This document shows positions 10,612-19,979 of a DNA stretch of 64,000 nucleotides, piece by piece. The stretch's first letter is position 1, and every line of letters begins with the position of its first letter. The notes below the pieces were generated by a model that was given only the letters and a program-made list of their open reading frames with translations, made no database searches and was not told the DNA's origin. The stretch comes from Spirochaetaceae bacterium (GTDB lineage Bacteria > Spirochaetota > Spirochaetia > DSM-2461). Location of the stretch: the NCBI GenBank assembly GCA_965224705.1, contig OZ245056.1, forward strand, positions 1,632,001-1,696,000, written 5' to 3'. The translations under genes were made by a program, and so were the position numbers.

Positions 10612-10890
10612 AGGGCTTGCTGAGAAAGTACTTCTCTCATATTTGCTTGTGAGACTCTGACAATTCGGTCTTTGACCTGCTGAGGATAATCCATCGATTA
10701 TTCTCATACAAACGGCCGCCGAATGGCAGTCCAAAATCTTCCAGTTTCCGTTGCTCTGTGTTTGTGCGTGAGATACATGGTTTCTCCCTGGTACAAGGGT
10801 TTTTTGAGATTTTCCCTCGCACCTGAGGGCATTTTAGATACATTTAATTCTTTCGAAAATAGATTCTTAGTTTTTTATTCAGCAAGCCCT
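10612..10890 (-). mobile_element. Internally deleted IS5-family element
   Basis: TIRs AGGGCTTGCTGA (10612) and TCAGCAAGCCCT (10879-10890). It retains the transposase N-terminal fragment LEDFGLPFGGRLYENNRW. Confidence 0.7.
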
Positions 10891-10959
10891 GTCTAGAGAT
10901 ACCCTCTATTCCAAGGGTTACTCCAGCCGAAAGCATATTTGAGGATATGCGGGGAAAGC

Positions 10960-11278
10960 TAGTACATCATAAACCCTAAAACTGCGGATAAAGTCTTTTC
11001 AGTTTTACCCGAGCATCCCTGGTGGTAAACTGCCAATCGACTTTATTTGCAGAGTTATTTCTATCCAGATTCCACATTTCCGTTTCCTGAACCAGCTGTT
11101 CAATGGTTGGTATTCGGCGATTGAGACATTGCCGTTTATAGACACTTAATTCTATTTCCGCTGTATTCAACCAGCTCCCATGCTCTGGTGTATGGTGGAT
11201 TTCCAGGCGGTTTGCAAGACGATGAGCCTGTTCTGCTGGAAAAGCCTGATACAGGCTGCTGATTGAATGTGTATAATT
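10960..11278 (-). pseudogene. IS630-family transposase 3' fragment
   Basis: Translation SLYQAFPAEQAHRLANRLEIHHTPEHGSWLNTAEIELS...KVDWQFTTRDARVKLKRLYP, ending in GTACTAG. The 5' part is missing at the IS256 junction. Confidence 0.85.
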
Positions 11279-11334
11279 AGCTATCCTCCATTCATAAGCA
11301 AAACCCTCCCCCTTGGATGGTGCATCTTTAGAAT

Positions 11335-12654
11335 ATGCTGTTGCTTATTTTGGCAGACATGAGTGTATATTTGAGTTGTTACAATGGAACTGTGCCCAAG
11401 AAAAGACTGGATGTATTTTATGTCCACCCCCTCCTCCAGGAAGAGAGTGAAAGCTGGTCCCTATTGGAAAAGGTTCTACGGGAGGGTGCACGAAGAATGT
11501 TGAAGCAGGCGCTGGAGAATGAAATTGAAGAATACCTCATGAAGCATTCTCAGACCGATGAAAACGGTCATCATTTGGTTGTTCGGAATGGCTATCATCC
11601 CCAGCGTAGTATTGTCACGGGAATCGGCCCTATGACAATCAAAGCACCGAGAGTTGATGATCGGAAAATCGATCCGGAGAGGAAAAACCCCTTTACCAGT
11701 GCGATTCTTCCCCGGTATTTGAGAAAGATTCCCAGTATCGATAACCTGCTCCCTGTATTGTACTTGAAAGGAGTCTCGACAAGCGGTTTTCAGGATGCCC
11801 TGGCATCCATACCTGGGGAAGGAGCAAAAGGGCTCTCCGCTGCCAATATCGTCCGTCTGAAGAAAAGCTGGGAAGATGATTTTAACACCTGGAACCACCG
11901 GGATCTGAGAGGCAAGAAATATGCCTGCATCTGGGTGGATGGTATTCATTTCAATGTTCGTCTGGAGGATGACCGATGCTGCATTTTGGTCATTGTCGGA
12001 GCGGATGAGAACGGAAACAAGGAGCTTATTGCCGTTGAATCGGGTTATAGAGAGTCGACGCTTAGCTGGAAAGAGATGCTGCTTTCAATCCGTCATAGGG
12101 GTTTGCAAGAGGCATCCAAGCTGGCGATTGGCGATGGGGGTCCTGGATTCTGGAAGGCTTTGGATGAGGTTTTCCCACAAACAAAGCGACAGCGATGCTG
12201 GGTCCACAAGACGGCCAATATTCTGGATAAGATGCCGAAATCTGTGCAGCCTGGAGCCAAGGCACTGATCCATGATATGTATATGGCTGATACGGAAGAA
12301 AAAGCCCGGAAGGCCTATGAACATTTTATCTCTGTGTATGGGGCCAAGTACCCCAAAGCGACCGAATGCCTGTGGAAGGATCAGGATGATCTGTTTCGAT
12401 TTTATTCTTTTCCTGGTATTCACTGGATTCATATCCGCACGACAAATCCGATTGAATCAACATTCGCGACGGTCCGGCTCAGGACAAAGCGAACAAAAGG
12501 TTGCGGGAGTAGAATTGCGACTCTCACGATGGCTTGGAAGCTATGTTGTGAGGCGGAGAAGACCTGGAAAAAGATGAAGGGTTACAAGCTGATCCCAAAA
12601 GTTATTCAGGGAGTTTTTTGTAAAGATGGAAATTTCATTGGGAAAGTTGCATAA
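11335..12654 (+). CDS. IS256-family transposase (true start probably GTG 11392; element about 11279-12702)
   Basis: Motifs VRNGYH, LYLKGVST, IWVDGIHF, AIGDGGPGFW, QRCWVHK and RTTNPIES. The right end is ...TTTGACAATATCTC; the left IR is degenerate and no matching TSD was seen. Confidence 0.93.
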   Translation: MLLLILADMSVYLSCYNGTVPKKRLDVFYVHPLLQEESESWSLLEKVLREGARRMLKQALENEIEEYLMKHSQTDENGHHLVVRNGYHPQRSIVTGIGPMTIKAPRVDDRKIDPERKNPFTSAILPRYLRKIPSIDNLLPVLYLKGVSTSGFQDALASIPGEGAKGLSAANIVRLKKSWEDDFNTWNHRDLRGKKYACIWVDGIHFNVRLEDDRCCILVIVGADENGNKELIAVESGYRESTLSWKEMLLSIRHRGLQEASKLAIGDGGPGFWKALDEVFPQTKRQRCWVHKTANILDKMPKSVQPGAKALIHDMYMADTEEKARKAYEHFISVYGAKYPKATECLWKDQDDLFRFYSFPGIHWIHIRTTNPIESTFATVRLRTKRTKGCGSRIATLTMAWKLCCEAEKTWKKMKGYKLIPKVIQGVFCKDGNFIGKVA

Positions 12655-13044
12655 ATTGGAGGATTTCGCACTTTTTTCATCCACAACATTTGACAATATC
12701 TCTTCTTGATGAGGCGAAGGCCAAGAGTTACTTTAACGAGAAGGTGCTTAATTCTGGATAAAATGGGGAAGGTGCTCTCTGATCTGAATGCTGAGCACTC
12801 GAAGAAGATTGAGGCTTTGAAAGGGACGGTGAAGCTGCTCAAGGGTGGGATTAGCCCATTTCTCAGGGAGTGACACTTCTACTGTGGTACAACATACTTA
12901 CTGGAAAAAAAGTAGAAATTCCTTATCTACCATTCATGCAGAAAATACTATCTTCCTGCTTGCTTAGGCCAAATCCAGGGCATCGGGGAAAGGGGGGTTG
13001 TGCCAAGAGCACCTCTGAAACAGATGGGCGGGCTTTGTTCTTCT

Positions 13045-13512
13045 TTACAGGATGAAACTTGTGTAAACCTGCAGCGCGGCGAGCAAGGCGAATCCAAGCA
13101 TAATCATCCATTTCATGAACCCCACCTGATCTTTGAGCCCATTGAATTGTTCTTTGAGAGCATTGAATTCGGGTTTGGTAACCATCTGCTCCTTGAGGCT
13201 TTTGATTTCCCCATTGAATTCGGCTTTAGTAACCATTTGCTCCTTGAGGCTTTTGATTTCCCCATTGAATTCGGCTTTAGTAACCATTTGCTCCTTGAGG
13301 CTCTTGATTTCCCCATTGAACTCGGTTTTGGTAACCATCTGCTCGTCCAAATGGGCGATGTGGTTGTACTGGGATTTGAGCATCAATGGAATGGCGTTTT
13401 CTGTAGACAGCTTACCCTCATCCGCTATCTGCTGCCTGGCCTTTTCCGTCGATTTGGTTAAGAATGCCGATATTAATTCATCTTCAAATGACTGTTTTTT
13501 ATCTTCAGCCAC
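13045..13512 (-). CDS. Bdr/DUF1640-like coiled-coil repeat protein with a C-terminal membrane anchor
   Basis: GTG start after GGAGG. The 17-aa repeat EQMVTKxEFNGEIKSLK (51-bp period at 13178, 13229, 13280, 13331) precedes a hydrophobic tail KWMIMLGFALLAALQVY. Confidence 0.7.
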   Translation of the reverse strand: MAEDKKQSFEDELISAFLTKSTEKARQQIADEGKLSTENAIPLMLKSQYNHIAHLDEQMVTKTEFNGEIKSLKEQMVTKAEFNGEIKSLKEQMVTKAEFNGEIKSLKEQMVTKPEFNALKEQFNGLKDQVGFMKWMIMLGFALLAALQVYTSFIL

Positions 13513-13682
13513 TGACCAGCCTCCTTGAATGCTAACCATTAAATCGTATTGCCGATAACCCGTCAAGGCTTGATAAAAAGTATTCTCGACTCTAAATACC
13601 AGTATAATGAATAAAAACTGCATTATAAGTGAACCAGAATGCAATGATTCGAGAGACCTCAAAGGAATTTTGATTCCTGCTG

Positions 13683-13886
13683 TTACTCAGAGGCCGTGCC
13701 TGCCTCCAGAGCCAGTGCCTTGCCGCGAAATCCCACCCCGTAGATGACAATCTTCTCCGGGCTCCACTTCTCCTGCGCTCCCTTCAGGTATTTTTGCTCC
13801 GCCTGGGAATAGGCCTCCTGCGCCAGTTGTTTTAGCGGCGTGGTTCCGGCGGCAGGTTCCCGTTTGAACTCGAACAGCAGAACATG
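13683..13886 (-). pseudogene. 3' remnant of a fourth AAA-ATPase/PD-(D/E)XK array gene
   Basis: Translation HVLLFEFKREPAAGTTPLKQLAQEAYSQAEQKYLKGAQEKWSPEKIVIYGVGFRGK, fused directly to the array spacer with no in-frame start. Confidence 0.85.
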
Positions 13887-13892
13887 AGGCGC

Positions 13893-13990
13893 TCAGGCCG
13901 CTGGGCCTAAACTTTCTTTTTTTTCGACAAAAAGAAAGTTTAACAAAGAAAAATACGACTCAAGGGGGTGTCCCCCTTGAGAATCCCCCC
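13893..13990. repeat. Array spacer hairpin element, copy 1
   Basis: Hairpins aaactttcttttt/aaaaagaaagttt and ctcaagggg/ccccttgag, near-identical to the copies at 15893, 17846 and 54661. Confidence 0.85.
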
Positions 13991-14082
13991 TCCCCCCGCT
14001 CTGTGTTCCCCCAAAAAAATTTCTGGGGCTTAATTCAGGGCGTAGGATTTGGTTCTTAATGGAACGCCGTATGCGGGCCAAC

Positions 14083-15855
14083 TCAGAACTGGGTGCGAAG
14101 TGCCTCCCCGCCTGCCTCCAAGGCCAGTTCCTTGCCGCGAAAGCCCACCCCGTAGATGATAATCTTTTCCGGGTTCCATTTCTCCTGTGCCCCCTCCAGG
14201 TATTTCCGCTCCGCCTGGGAATAGGCCTCCTGTGCCAGCTGCTTGAGCGGTGTAGTTCCGGCGGCAGGCTCCCGTTTGAACTCGAACAGCAGGACATGGC
14301 CCGGCCGCCCAGGGCCGCGCTGAATCAATATGATGTCGGGGCGGCCCATGCCGCATTCCCGGTTGCTCTCCACCGTGTACTCGCCGCTCAGGTAGGCCAG
14401 CATTCCCAGAACCAGACCGTGGTAGAAGCCCTCCACTCGCTCCATTTCCTCGTCGTCGTCGTCGGTATCAGCGGTGTCGTAATAACTGGCCATGCTCAGG
14501 AGAACCTTCCCCAGACCTCTCTCGATCAGGGTGGCATCCCCTTCCCTGATACCGCGGATGAAGAAATGAAAGGATTCACCGGCCTCCATATCTTCCTCCA
14601 GCCAGTCCCGAATCACCTTTTCGTAGACCACCGTCACTTCCAGATTGGGAATGGAAAGCCGGTGGGTTATGGAGGTGTGGACTTGTTGCCGCTCATCGGC
14701 CTTCAGGTAGCCGCCGTGGAGCAGGAAACTCCACGCCACATCCGGGCGGGTTCGTATCTGCGGGTAAACGATGTTGACCGCAACCTCCCGTCTCACTTCC
14801 TCTCCTCTGAGCAGCCCCTCAATGGTTTCCCGGCTGTCCCTTTTGTTCAGCTGCAGCGTTTCCTTGACCATCCTGTTGGCACTGGTGTGCACCCAGTAGG
14901 GCAGAAGTCCGTCCTTGATGTTTCGGAAATAGCTCACGAGACTCCAGGGATTGTAGATGACCGTGTCGCCGCCGAAGATGTAGCCGTTGTACCATTGACG
15001 AATGCCGTCCAGTCTGGACTCCTGCCCGAAATAGGCGGCCATTTCTTCCACTTCGGGTTCCGTGAAGCCAAAGCAATCCTTCATGGCGTCGCTCAGCACG
15101 GTGGACACCGCCGGGTTATTGAAGTCGCTGAAGATGCTCTCCTGGGCCACTTTGAGTATCCCGATAACCACCGCCTGCTTCAAATTGGGGTTGTCCTTGA
15201 AGCTCTGCACCATGAAGCTGCGGATGAAGGCGATCATCTCATCGTAGAAGTTGTCGGTGTAGGCGGCGTGCAGCGGGGTGTCGTACTCGTCCAGAAGAAT
15301 GTAGACCGGTTTTCCGTAGGCGCGCCTGAGCCAGGTGGAGAGGTGTTTTATGGATTGGGCACAATCCTGATCCGTGCCCTCATCGTACAGAATTTTTTCA
15401 AATTTTGTCCGTTCCCTGTCATCCAACATGCCGGAGTTTTGCAAGTATTGATGTCTACGGAATTCATCGGAAAGCATATCCTTGATAAGTGCCATGCAAT
15501 CTTCATGATTCGATTTTTTTACGTTCTTGAAGCTTAAGTGTATCACCGGATATTGACCCATGTATTCGCGGCATCGGGGGTGTTTTGATATGGACATGTC
15601 ATTGAACAATGAGACATTGGGCGGCTCTTCGGAGGGGGCATCGCCGCTGTTGCCGCCCGGTGGGGGGGCCTCAAAGAAATAGCGGATCATGCTGAGGTTC
15701 AGGGTTTTGCCGAAGCGGCGGGGGCGGGTGATGAGGTGCACCTTGCTGGGGTGATCAATAAGATAGGCGATAAGACGGGTTTTATCAACAAAATAGCAGC
15801 TTTCACTGATGAATTCCTTGAAATCAGTGATGCCCTGTTCCAGTTTCTTTTTCAT
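14083..15855 (-). CDS. AAA-ATPase-like plus PD-(D/E)XK nuclease protein, array copy A (590 aa)
   Basis: YFVDKT, Walker A RPRRFGKT, Walker B LLDEYDTP, WYNGY, YNPWS, IPNxEV, EGFYHG, SNRE.G.GRPD and FEFK. ATG 15855 aligns with the other copies. Confidence 0.92.
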   Translation of the reverse strand: MKKKLEQGITDFKEFISESCYFVDKTRLIAYLIDHPSKVHLITRPRRFGKTLNLSMIRYFFEAPPPGGNSGDAPSEEPPNVSLFNDMSISKHPRCREYMGQYPVIHLSFKNVKKSNHEDCMALIKDMLSDEFRRHQYLQNSGMLDDRERTKFEKILYDEGTDQDCAQSIKHLSTWLRRAYGKPVYILLDEYDTPLHAAYTDNFYDEMIAFIRSFMVQSFKDNPNLKQAVVIGILKVAQESIFSDFNNPAVSTVLSDAMKDCFGFTEPEVEEMAAYFGQESRLDGIRQWYNGYIFGGDTVIYNPWSLVSYFRNIKDGLLPYWVHTSANRMVKETLQLNKRDSRETIEGLLRGEEVRREVAVNIVYPQIRTRPDVAWSFLLHGGYLKADERQQVHTSITHRLSIPNLEVTVVYEKVIRDWLEEDMEAGESFHFFIRGIREGDATLIERGLGKVLLSMASYYDTADTDDDDEEMERVEGFYHGLVLGMLAYLSGEYTVESNRECGMGRPDIILIQRGPGRPGHVLLFEFKREPAAGTTPLKQLAQEAYSQAERKYLEGAQEKWNPEKIIIYGVGFRGKELALEAGGEALRTQF

Positions 15856-15892
15856 GACGTCTTTAGCATAGCATGATTTTGTGGGTGTCGCT

Positions 15893-16035
15893 CGGGCCGC
15901 TGGGCCTAAACTTTCTTTTTTTTCGACAAAAAGAAAGTTTAACAAAGAAAAATACGACTCAAGGGGGTGTCCCCCTTGAGAATCCCCCCTGTGTTCCGTG
16001 AAAAGCGGCTTTTTCAACGCCGTATGCGGGCCAAC
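15893..16035. repeat. Array spacer hairpin element, copy 2
   Basis: Same two hairpins as copy 1. Confidence 0.85.
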
Positions 16036-17808
16036 TCAGAACTGGGTGCGAAGTGCCTCCCCGCCTGCCTCCAAGGCCAGTGCCTTGCCGCGAAAGCCTA
16101 CCCCGTAGATGACAATCTTCTCCGGGTTCCACTTCTCCTGCGCCCCCTCCAGGTATTTTTTCTCCGCCTGGGAATAGGCCTCCTGCGCCAGCTGCTTGAG
16201 CGGCGTGGTTCCGGCGGCAGGCTCCCGTTTGAACTCGAACAGCAGGACATGGCCCGGTCGCCCGGAGCCGCGCTGAATCAATACGATGTCGGGGCGGCCC
16301 ATGCCGCATTCCCGGTTGCTCTCCACCGTGTACTCGCCACTCAGGTAGGCCAGCATCCCCAGTACCAGACCGTGGTAGAAGCCCTCCACCCGCTCTATTT
16401 CCTCGTCTTCGCCAGCGGTGTCATAATAACTGGCCATGCTCAAAAGAACCTTCCCCAGACCTCTCTCGATCAAAGCGGCATCCCCTTCGCGAATACCGCG
16501 GATGAAGAAATGAAAGGACTCGCCGGCCTCCACATCCTCCTCCAGCCAGTCCTTGATTGTGGTCATGTAGGAATAGCGCACTTCGCGGTTGGGAATTTCC
16601 AGCCGGTAGTCCTGGCTTATCTCGTGCTGCCGCCTTTCGCTGGCCTTCAGGTAGCCGCCGTGGAGAAGGAAACTCCATGCCACATCCGGGCGGGTTCGGA
16701 TCTGCGGGTAGACGATGTTGACCGCTACTTCCCGCCGCACCTCCTCTCCCCTGAGCAGTCCCTCAATGGTTTCCCGGCTGTCCCTTTTGTTCAACTGCAG
16801 CGTTTCCTTGACCATCCTGTTGGCACTGGTGTGCACCCAGTAGGGCAAAAGTCCGTCCTTGATGTTTCTGAAATAGCTCACGAGACTCCAGGGATTGTAG
16901 ATGACCTTGTCTCCACCGAAAATGTAGCCGTTGTACCATTCCCTAATGCCGTCCAGTCTGGACTCCTGCCCAAAATAGGCTGCCATTTCTTCCACTTCGG
17001 GTTCCGTGAAGCCAAAGCAATCCTTCATGGCGTCGCTCAGCACGGTGGACACCGCCGGGTTATTGAAGTCGCTGAAGATGCTTTCCTGGGCCACTTTGAG
17101 TATGCCGATGACCACCGCCTGCTTCAAATTGGGGTTATCCTTGAAGCTCTGCACCATGAAGCTTCGGATGAAGGCGATCATTTCATCGTAAAAGTTGTCG
17201 GTGTAGGCGGCGTGCAGCGGGGTGTCGTACTCGTCCAGAAGGATGTAAACTGGTTTGTTGTAGGCGCGATGGAGCCAGGCGGAGAGGTGTTTTATGGATT
17301 GGGCACAATCCTGATCCGTGCCCTCATCGTACAGAATTTTTTCAAATTTTGTCCGTTCCCTGTCTTCCAACATGCCGGAGTTTTGCAAGTATTGATGTCT
17401 ACGGAATTCATCGGAGAGCATATCCTTGATGAGTGCCATGCAATCTTCATGATTCGATTTTTTCACATTCTTGAAGCTTAAATATATCACCGGATATTGG
17501 CCCATGTACTCGTGGCATCGGGGGTGTTTTGATATGGACATGTCATTGAACAATGAGGCATTGGGCGGCTCTTCGGTGGGGCCATCGCCGCTAACGCCGC
17601 TGTTGCCGTGCAGTGGCGGGGCCTCAAAGAAGTAGCGGATCATGCTGAGGTTCAGGGTTTTACCGAAGCGGCGGGGGCGGGTGATGAGGTGCACTTCGCT
17701 GGGGTCATTGATAAGATGCGCTATGAGACGGGTTTTATCGACAAAGTAGCAATCATTGTCGATGAATTTCTTGAAATCGGTGATGCCCTGAGTCAGATTC
17801 TTTTTCAT
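16036..17808 (-). CDS. AAA-ATPase-like plus PD-(D/E)XK nuclease protein, array copy B (590 aa)
   Basis: Same motifs as copy A. Confidence 0.93.
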   Translation of the reverse strand: MKKNLTQGITDFKKFIDNDCYFVDKTRLIAHLINDPSEVHLITRPRRFGKTLNLSMIRYFFEAPPLHGNSGVSGDGPTEEPPNASLFNDMSISKHPRCHEYMGQYPVIYLSFKNVKKSNHEDCMALIKDMLSDEFRRHQYLQNSGMLEDRERTKFEKILYDEGTDQDCAQSIKHLSAWLHRAYNKPVYILLDEYDTPLHAAYTDNFYDEMIAFIRSFMVQSFKDNPNLKQAVVIGILKVAQESIFSDFNNPAVSTVLSDAMKDCFGFTEPEVEEMAAYFGQESRLDGIREWYNGYIFGGDKVIYNPWSLVSYFRNIKDGLLPYWVHTSANRMVKETLQLNKRDSRETIEGLLRGEEVRREVAVNIVYPQIRTRPDVAWSFLLHGGYLKASERRQHEISQDYRLEIPNREVRYSYMTTIKDWLEEDVEAGESFHFFIRGIREGDAALIERGLGKVLLSMASYYDTAGEDEEIERVEGFYHGLVLGMLAYLSGEYTVESNRECGMGRPDIVLIQRGSGRPGHVLLFEFKREPAAGTTPLKQLAQEAYSQAEKKYLEGAQEKWNPEKIVIYGVGFRGKALALEAGGEALRTQF

Positions 17809-17845
17809 GACGTCTTTAGCATAGCATGGTTTTGTGGGTGGTCGC

Positions 17846-17989
17846 TCGGGCCGCTGGGCCTAAACTTTCTTTTTTTTCGACAAAAAGAAAGTTTAACAAA
17901 GAAAAATACGACTCAAGGGGGTGTCCCCCTTGAGAATCCCCCCTGTGTTCCGTGAAAAGCGGCTTTTTTAACGCCGCATGCGGGTCAAC
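17846..17989. repeat. Array spacer hairpin element, copy 3
   Basis: Same two hairpins as copy 1. Confidence 0.85.
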
Positions 17990-19762
17990 TCAGAACTGAC
18001 CGCGAAGCGCCCCTCCCTCTGCCTCCAGAGCCAGTTCCTTTCCGCGAAAGCCCACCCCGTAGATGATAATCTCCTTTGGGTTCCACTTCTCCTGCGCCCC
18101 CTCCAGGTATTTTTTCTCCGCCTGGGAATAGGCCTCCTGCGCCAGCTGCTTGAGCGGCGTGGTTCCGGCGGCAGGCTCCCGTTTGAACTCGAACAGTAGG
18201 ACATGGCCCGGTCGCCCGGAGCCGCGTTGGATCAATACGATGTCGGGGCGCCCCATGCCGTATTCCCGGTTGCTCTCCACCGTGTACTCGCCACTCAGGT
18301 AGGTCAGCATCCCCAGTACCAGTCCGCGGTAGAAGCCTTCCCCCCGCTCCATTTCCTCGTCTTCGCCAGCGGTGTCGTAATAACTGGCCATGCTTAAGAG
18401 AACCTTCCTCAGCCCTCTCCCGATCAAGGCAGCATTCCCTTCCCTGATGCCGCAGATGAAGTAATAAAAGGACTCGCCTGCCTCCACATCCTCCTCCAGC
18501 CAGTCCTTGATTGTGGTTATGTAGGAATAGCACAGCTCGCGGTTGGGAATATCCAGCCGGTAGTCCTGGCTTATCTCGTGCTGCCGCCTTTCGCTGGCAT
18601 TCAGGTAGCCGCCGTGGAGCAGGAAACCCCACACTACTTCCGGGTGGGTTCGTATCTGTGGATAGACGATGTTGATCGCCACTTCCCGCCTGACCTCCTC
18701 TCCCTTAAGCAGCCTCTCCATGGTTTCCTGGCTGTCCCTTTTGTTCAGCTGCAGCATTTCCTTGACCATCCTGTTGGAACTGGTGTGCACCCAGTAGGGG
18801 TGCAGTCCGGCCGATGGCGCGCTTAGGTAGTTGATGATGCTCCAGGGGTTGTAGATGACCGTGTCCCCGCCGAAGATGTAGCCGTTGTACCATTCCCTGA
18901 TGCCGCCCATCTTGTCTCCATGTCCAAAGTAGTCTGCCATGGCCTCCACTTCGGGGTCCGTGAAGCCAAAGCAATCCTTCATGGCGTTGCTCAACACGGT
19001 GGACACTACCGGGTTGTTGGAGTCGCTGAAAATGCTCTCCTGCGCCACCTTGAGTATGCCGATGACCACCGCCTGCTTCAAATTGGGGTTGTCCTTGAAG
19101 CTCTGCACCATGAAGCTGCGGATGAAGGCGATCATCTCATCGTAGAAGTTGTCGGTGTAGGCGGCGTGCAGCGGGGTGTCGTACTCGTCCAGAAGGATGT
19201 AGACCGGTTTGTTGTAGGCGCGATGGAGCCAGGCGGAGAGGTGTTTTATGGATTGGGCACAATCCTGATCGGCACCTTTTCTTTGCAGCATCCTGATAAA
19301 ACATTCTTGATCAGCATCATCCAACATACCGGAGTTTTGCAAGTATTGATGTCTACGGAATTCATCGGAGAGCATATCTTTGATAAGTGCCATGCAATCT
19401 TCATGATTCGATTTTTTTACGTTCTTGAAACTTAAGTATATCACAGGGTATTTCCCCATGTACTCGCGGCATCGGGGGTGTTCCACAATGGACATGCCAT
19501 TGAACAATGAGGTAGTGGGCGGCTCTTCGGTGGGGGCATCGCCGCTAATGCCGCGGTCGCTGTCCGGTAGCGGGGCCTCAAAGAAGTAGCGGATCATGCT
19601 GAGGTTCAGGGTTTTGCCGAAGCGCCGGGGACGGGTAATGAAATACACCTTGCTGGGGTCGTCAATAAGGCAGCCGATGAGATGGGTTTTATCGACAAAA
19701 TAGCAATCATTGTCGATGAATTCCTTGAAATCGGTGATGCCCTGAGTCAGATTCTTTTTCAT
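17990..19762 (-). CDS. AAA-ATPase-like plus PD-(D/E)XK nuclease protein, array copy C (590 aa)
   Basis: Same motifs as copy A. ATG 19762. Confidence 0.92.
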   Translation of the reverse strand: MKKNLTQGITDFKEFIDNDCYFVDKTHLIGCLIDDPSKVYFITRPRRFGKTLNLSMIRYFFEAPLPDSDRGISGDAPTEEPPTTSLFNGMSIVEHPRCREYMGKYPVIYLSFKNVKKSNHEDCMALIKDMLSDEFRRHQYLQNSGMLDDADQECFIRMLQRKGADQDCAQSIKHLSAWLHRAYNKPVYILLDEYDTPLHAAYTDNFYDEMIAFIRSFMVQSFKDNPNLKQAVVIGILKVAQESIFSDSNNPVVSTVLSNAMKDCFGFTDPEVEAMADYFGHGDKMGGIREWYNGYIFGGDTVIYNPWSIINYLSAPSAGLHPYWVHTSSNRMVKEMLQLNKRDSQETMERLLKGEEVRREVAINIVYPQIRTHPEVVWGFLLHGGYLNASERRQHEISQDYRLDIPNRELCYSYITTIKDWLEEDVEAGESFYYFICGIREGNAALIGRGLRKVLLSMASYYDTAGEDEEMERGEGFYRGLVLGMLTYLSGEYTVESNREYGMGRPDIVLIQRGSGRPGHVLLFEFKREPAAGTTPLKQLAQEAYSQAEKKYLEGAQEKWNPKEIIIYGVGFRGKELALEAEGGALRGQF

Positions 19763-19849
19763 GGTGTCTTTAGCATAGCATGGTTTTGTGGGTGAGGCAA
19801 TGGCGGGTGAAGTTTGAAGACCATGCCCTGTCATCCTCGTTTGCGTGAG

Positions 19850-19978
19850 CTATTTCGCCAGTACTTTATCTCCAGATGTAAATGCGTTGTAAGTATTGAT
19901 AAACGCATCCGGAAATTCTCCAGTAGGTATACAGCCTTGAGCTCCATAGCATAATTCTTCATAGAAATACATACCATT
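19850..19978 (-). pseudogene. Short fragment resembling a DapA-family aldolase C-terminal region
   Basis: Translation GMYFYEELCYGAQGCIPTGEFPDAFINTYNAFTSGDK; resemblance by eye only. Confidence 0.35.
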
Positions 19979-19979
19979 G

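Noticed and set aside
15856..16017. N-terminal extension of AAA copy A (644-aa call), and likewise the 614-aa call for copy C
   Set aside because: The extension runs through the non-coding spacer or promoter, and paralog alignment places the starts at 15855 and 19762.
14059..17481. Long antisense ORFs (492 and 504 aa)
   Set aside because: Shadow frames of GC3-rich AAA genes. The frame is broken in copy C and shows no recognisable motifs.
13893..17989. Integron cassette array or giant CRISPR-like array
   Set aside because: The spacers lack attC RYYYAAC/GTTRRRY ends, there is no integrase, and the intervening DNA consists of paralogs rather than diverse cassettes.
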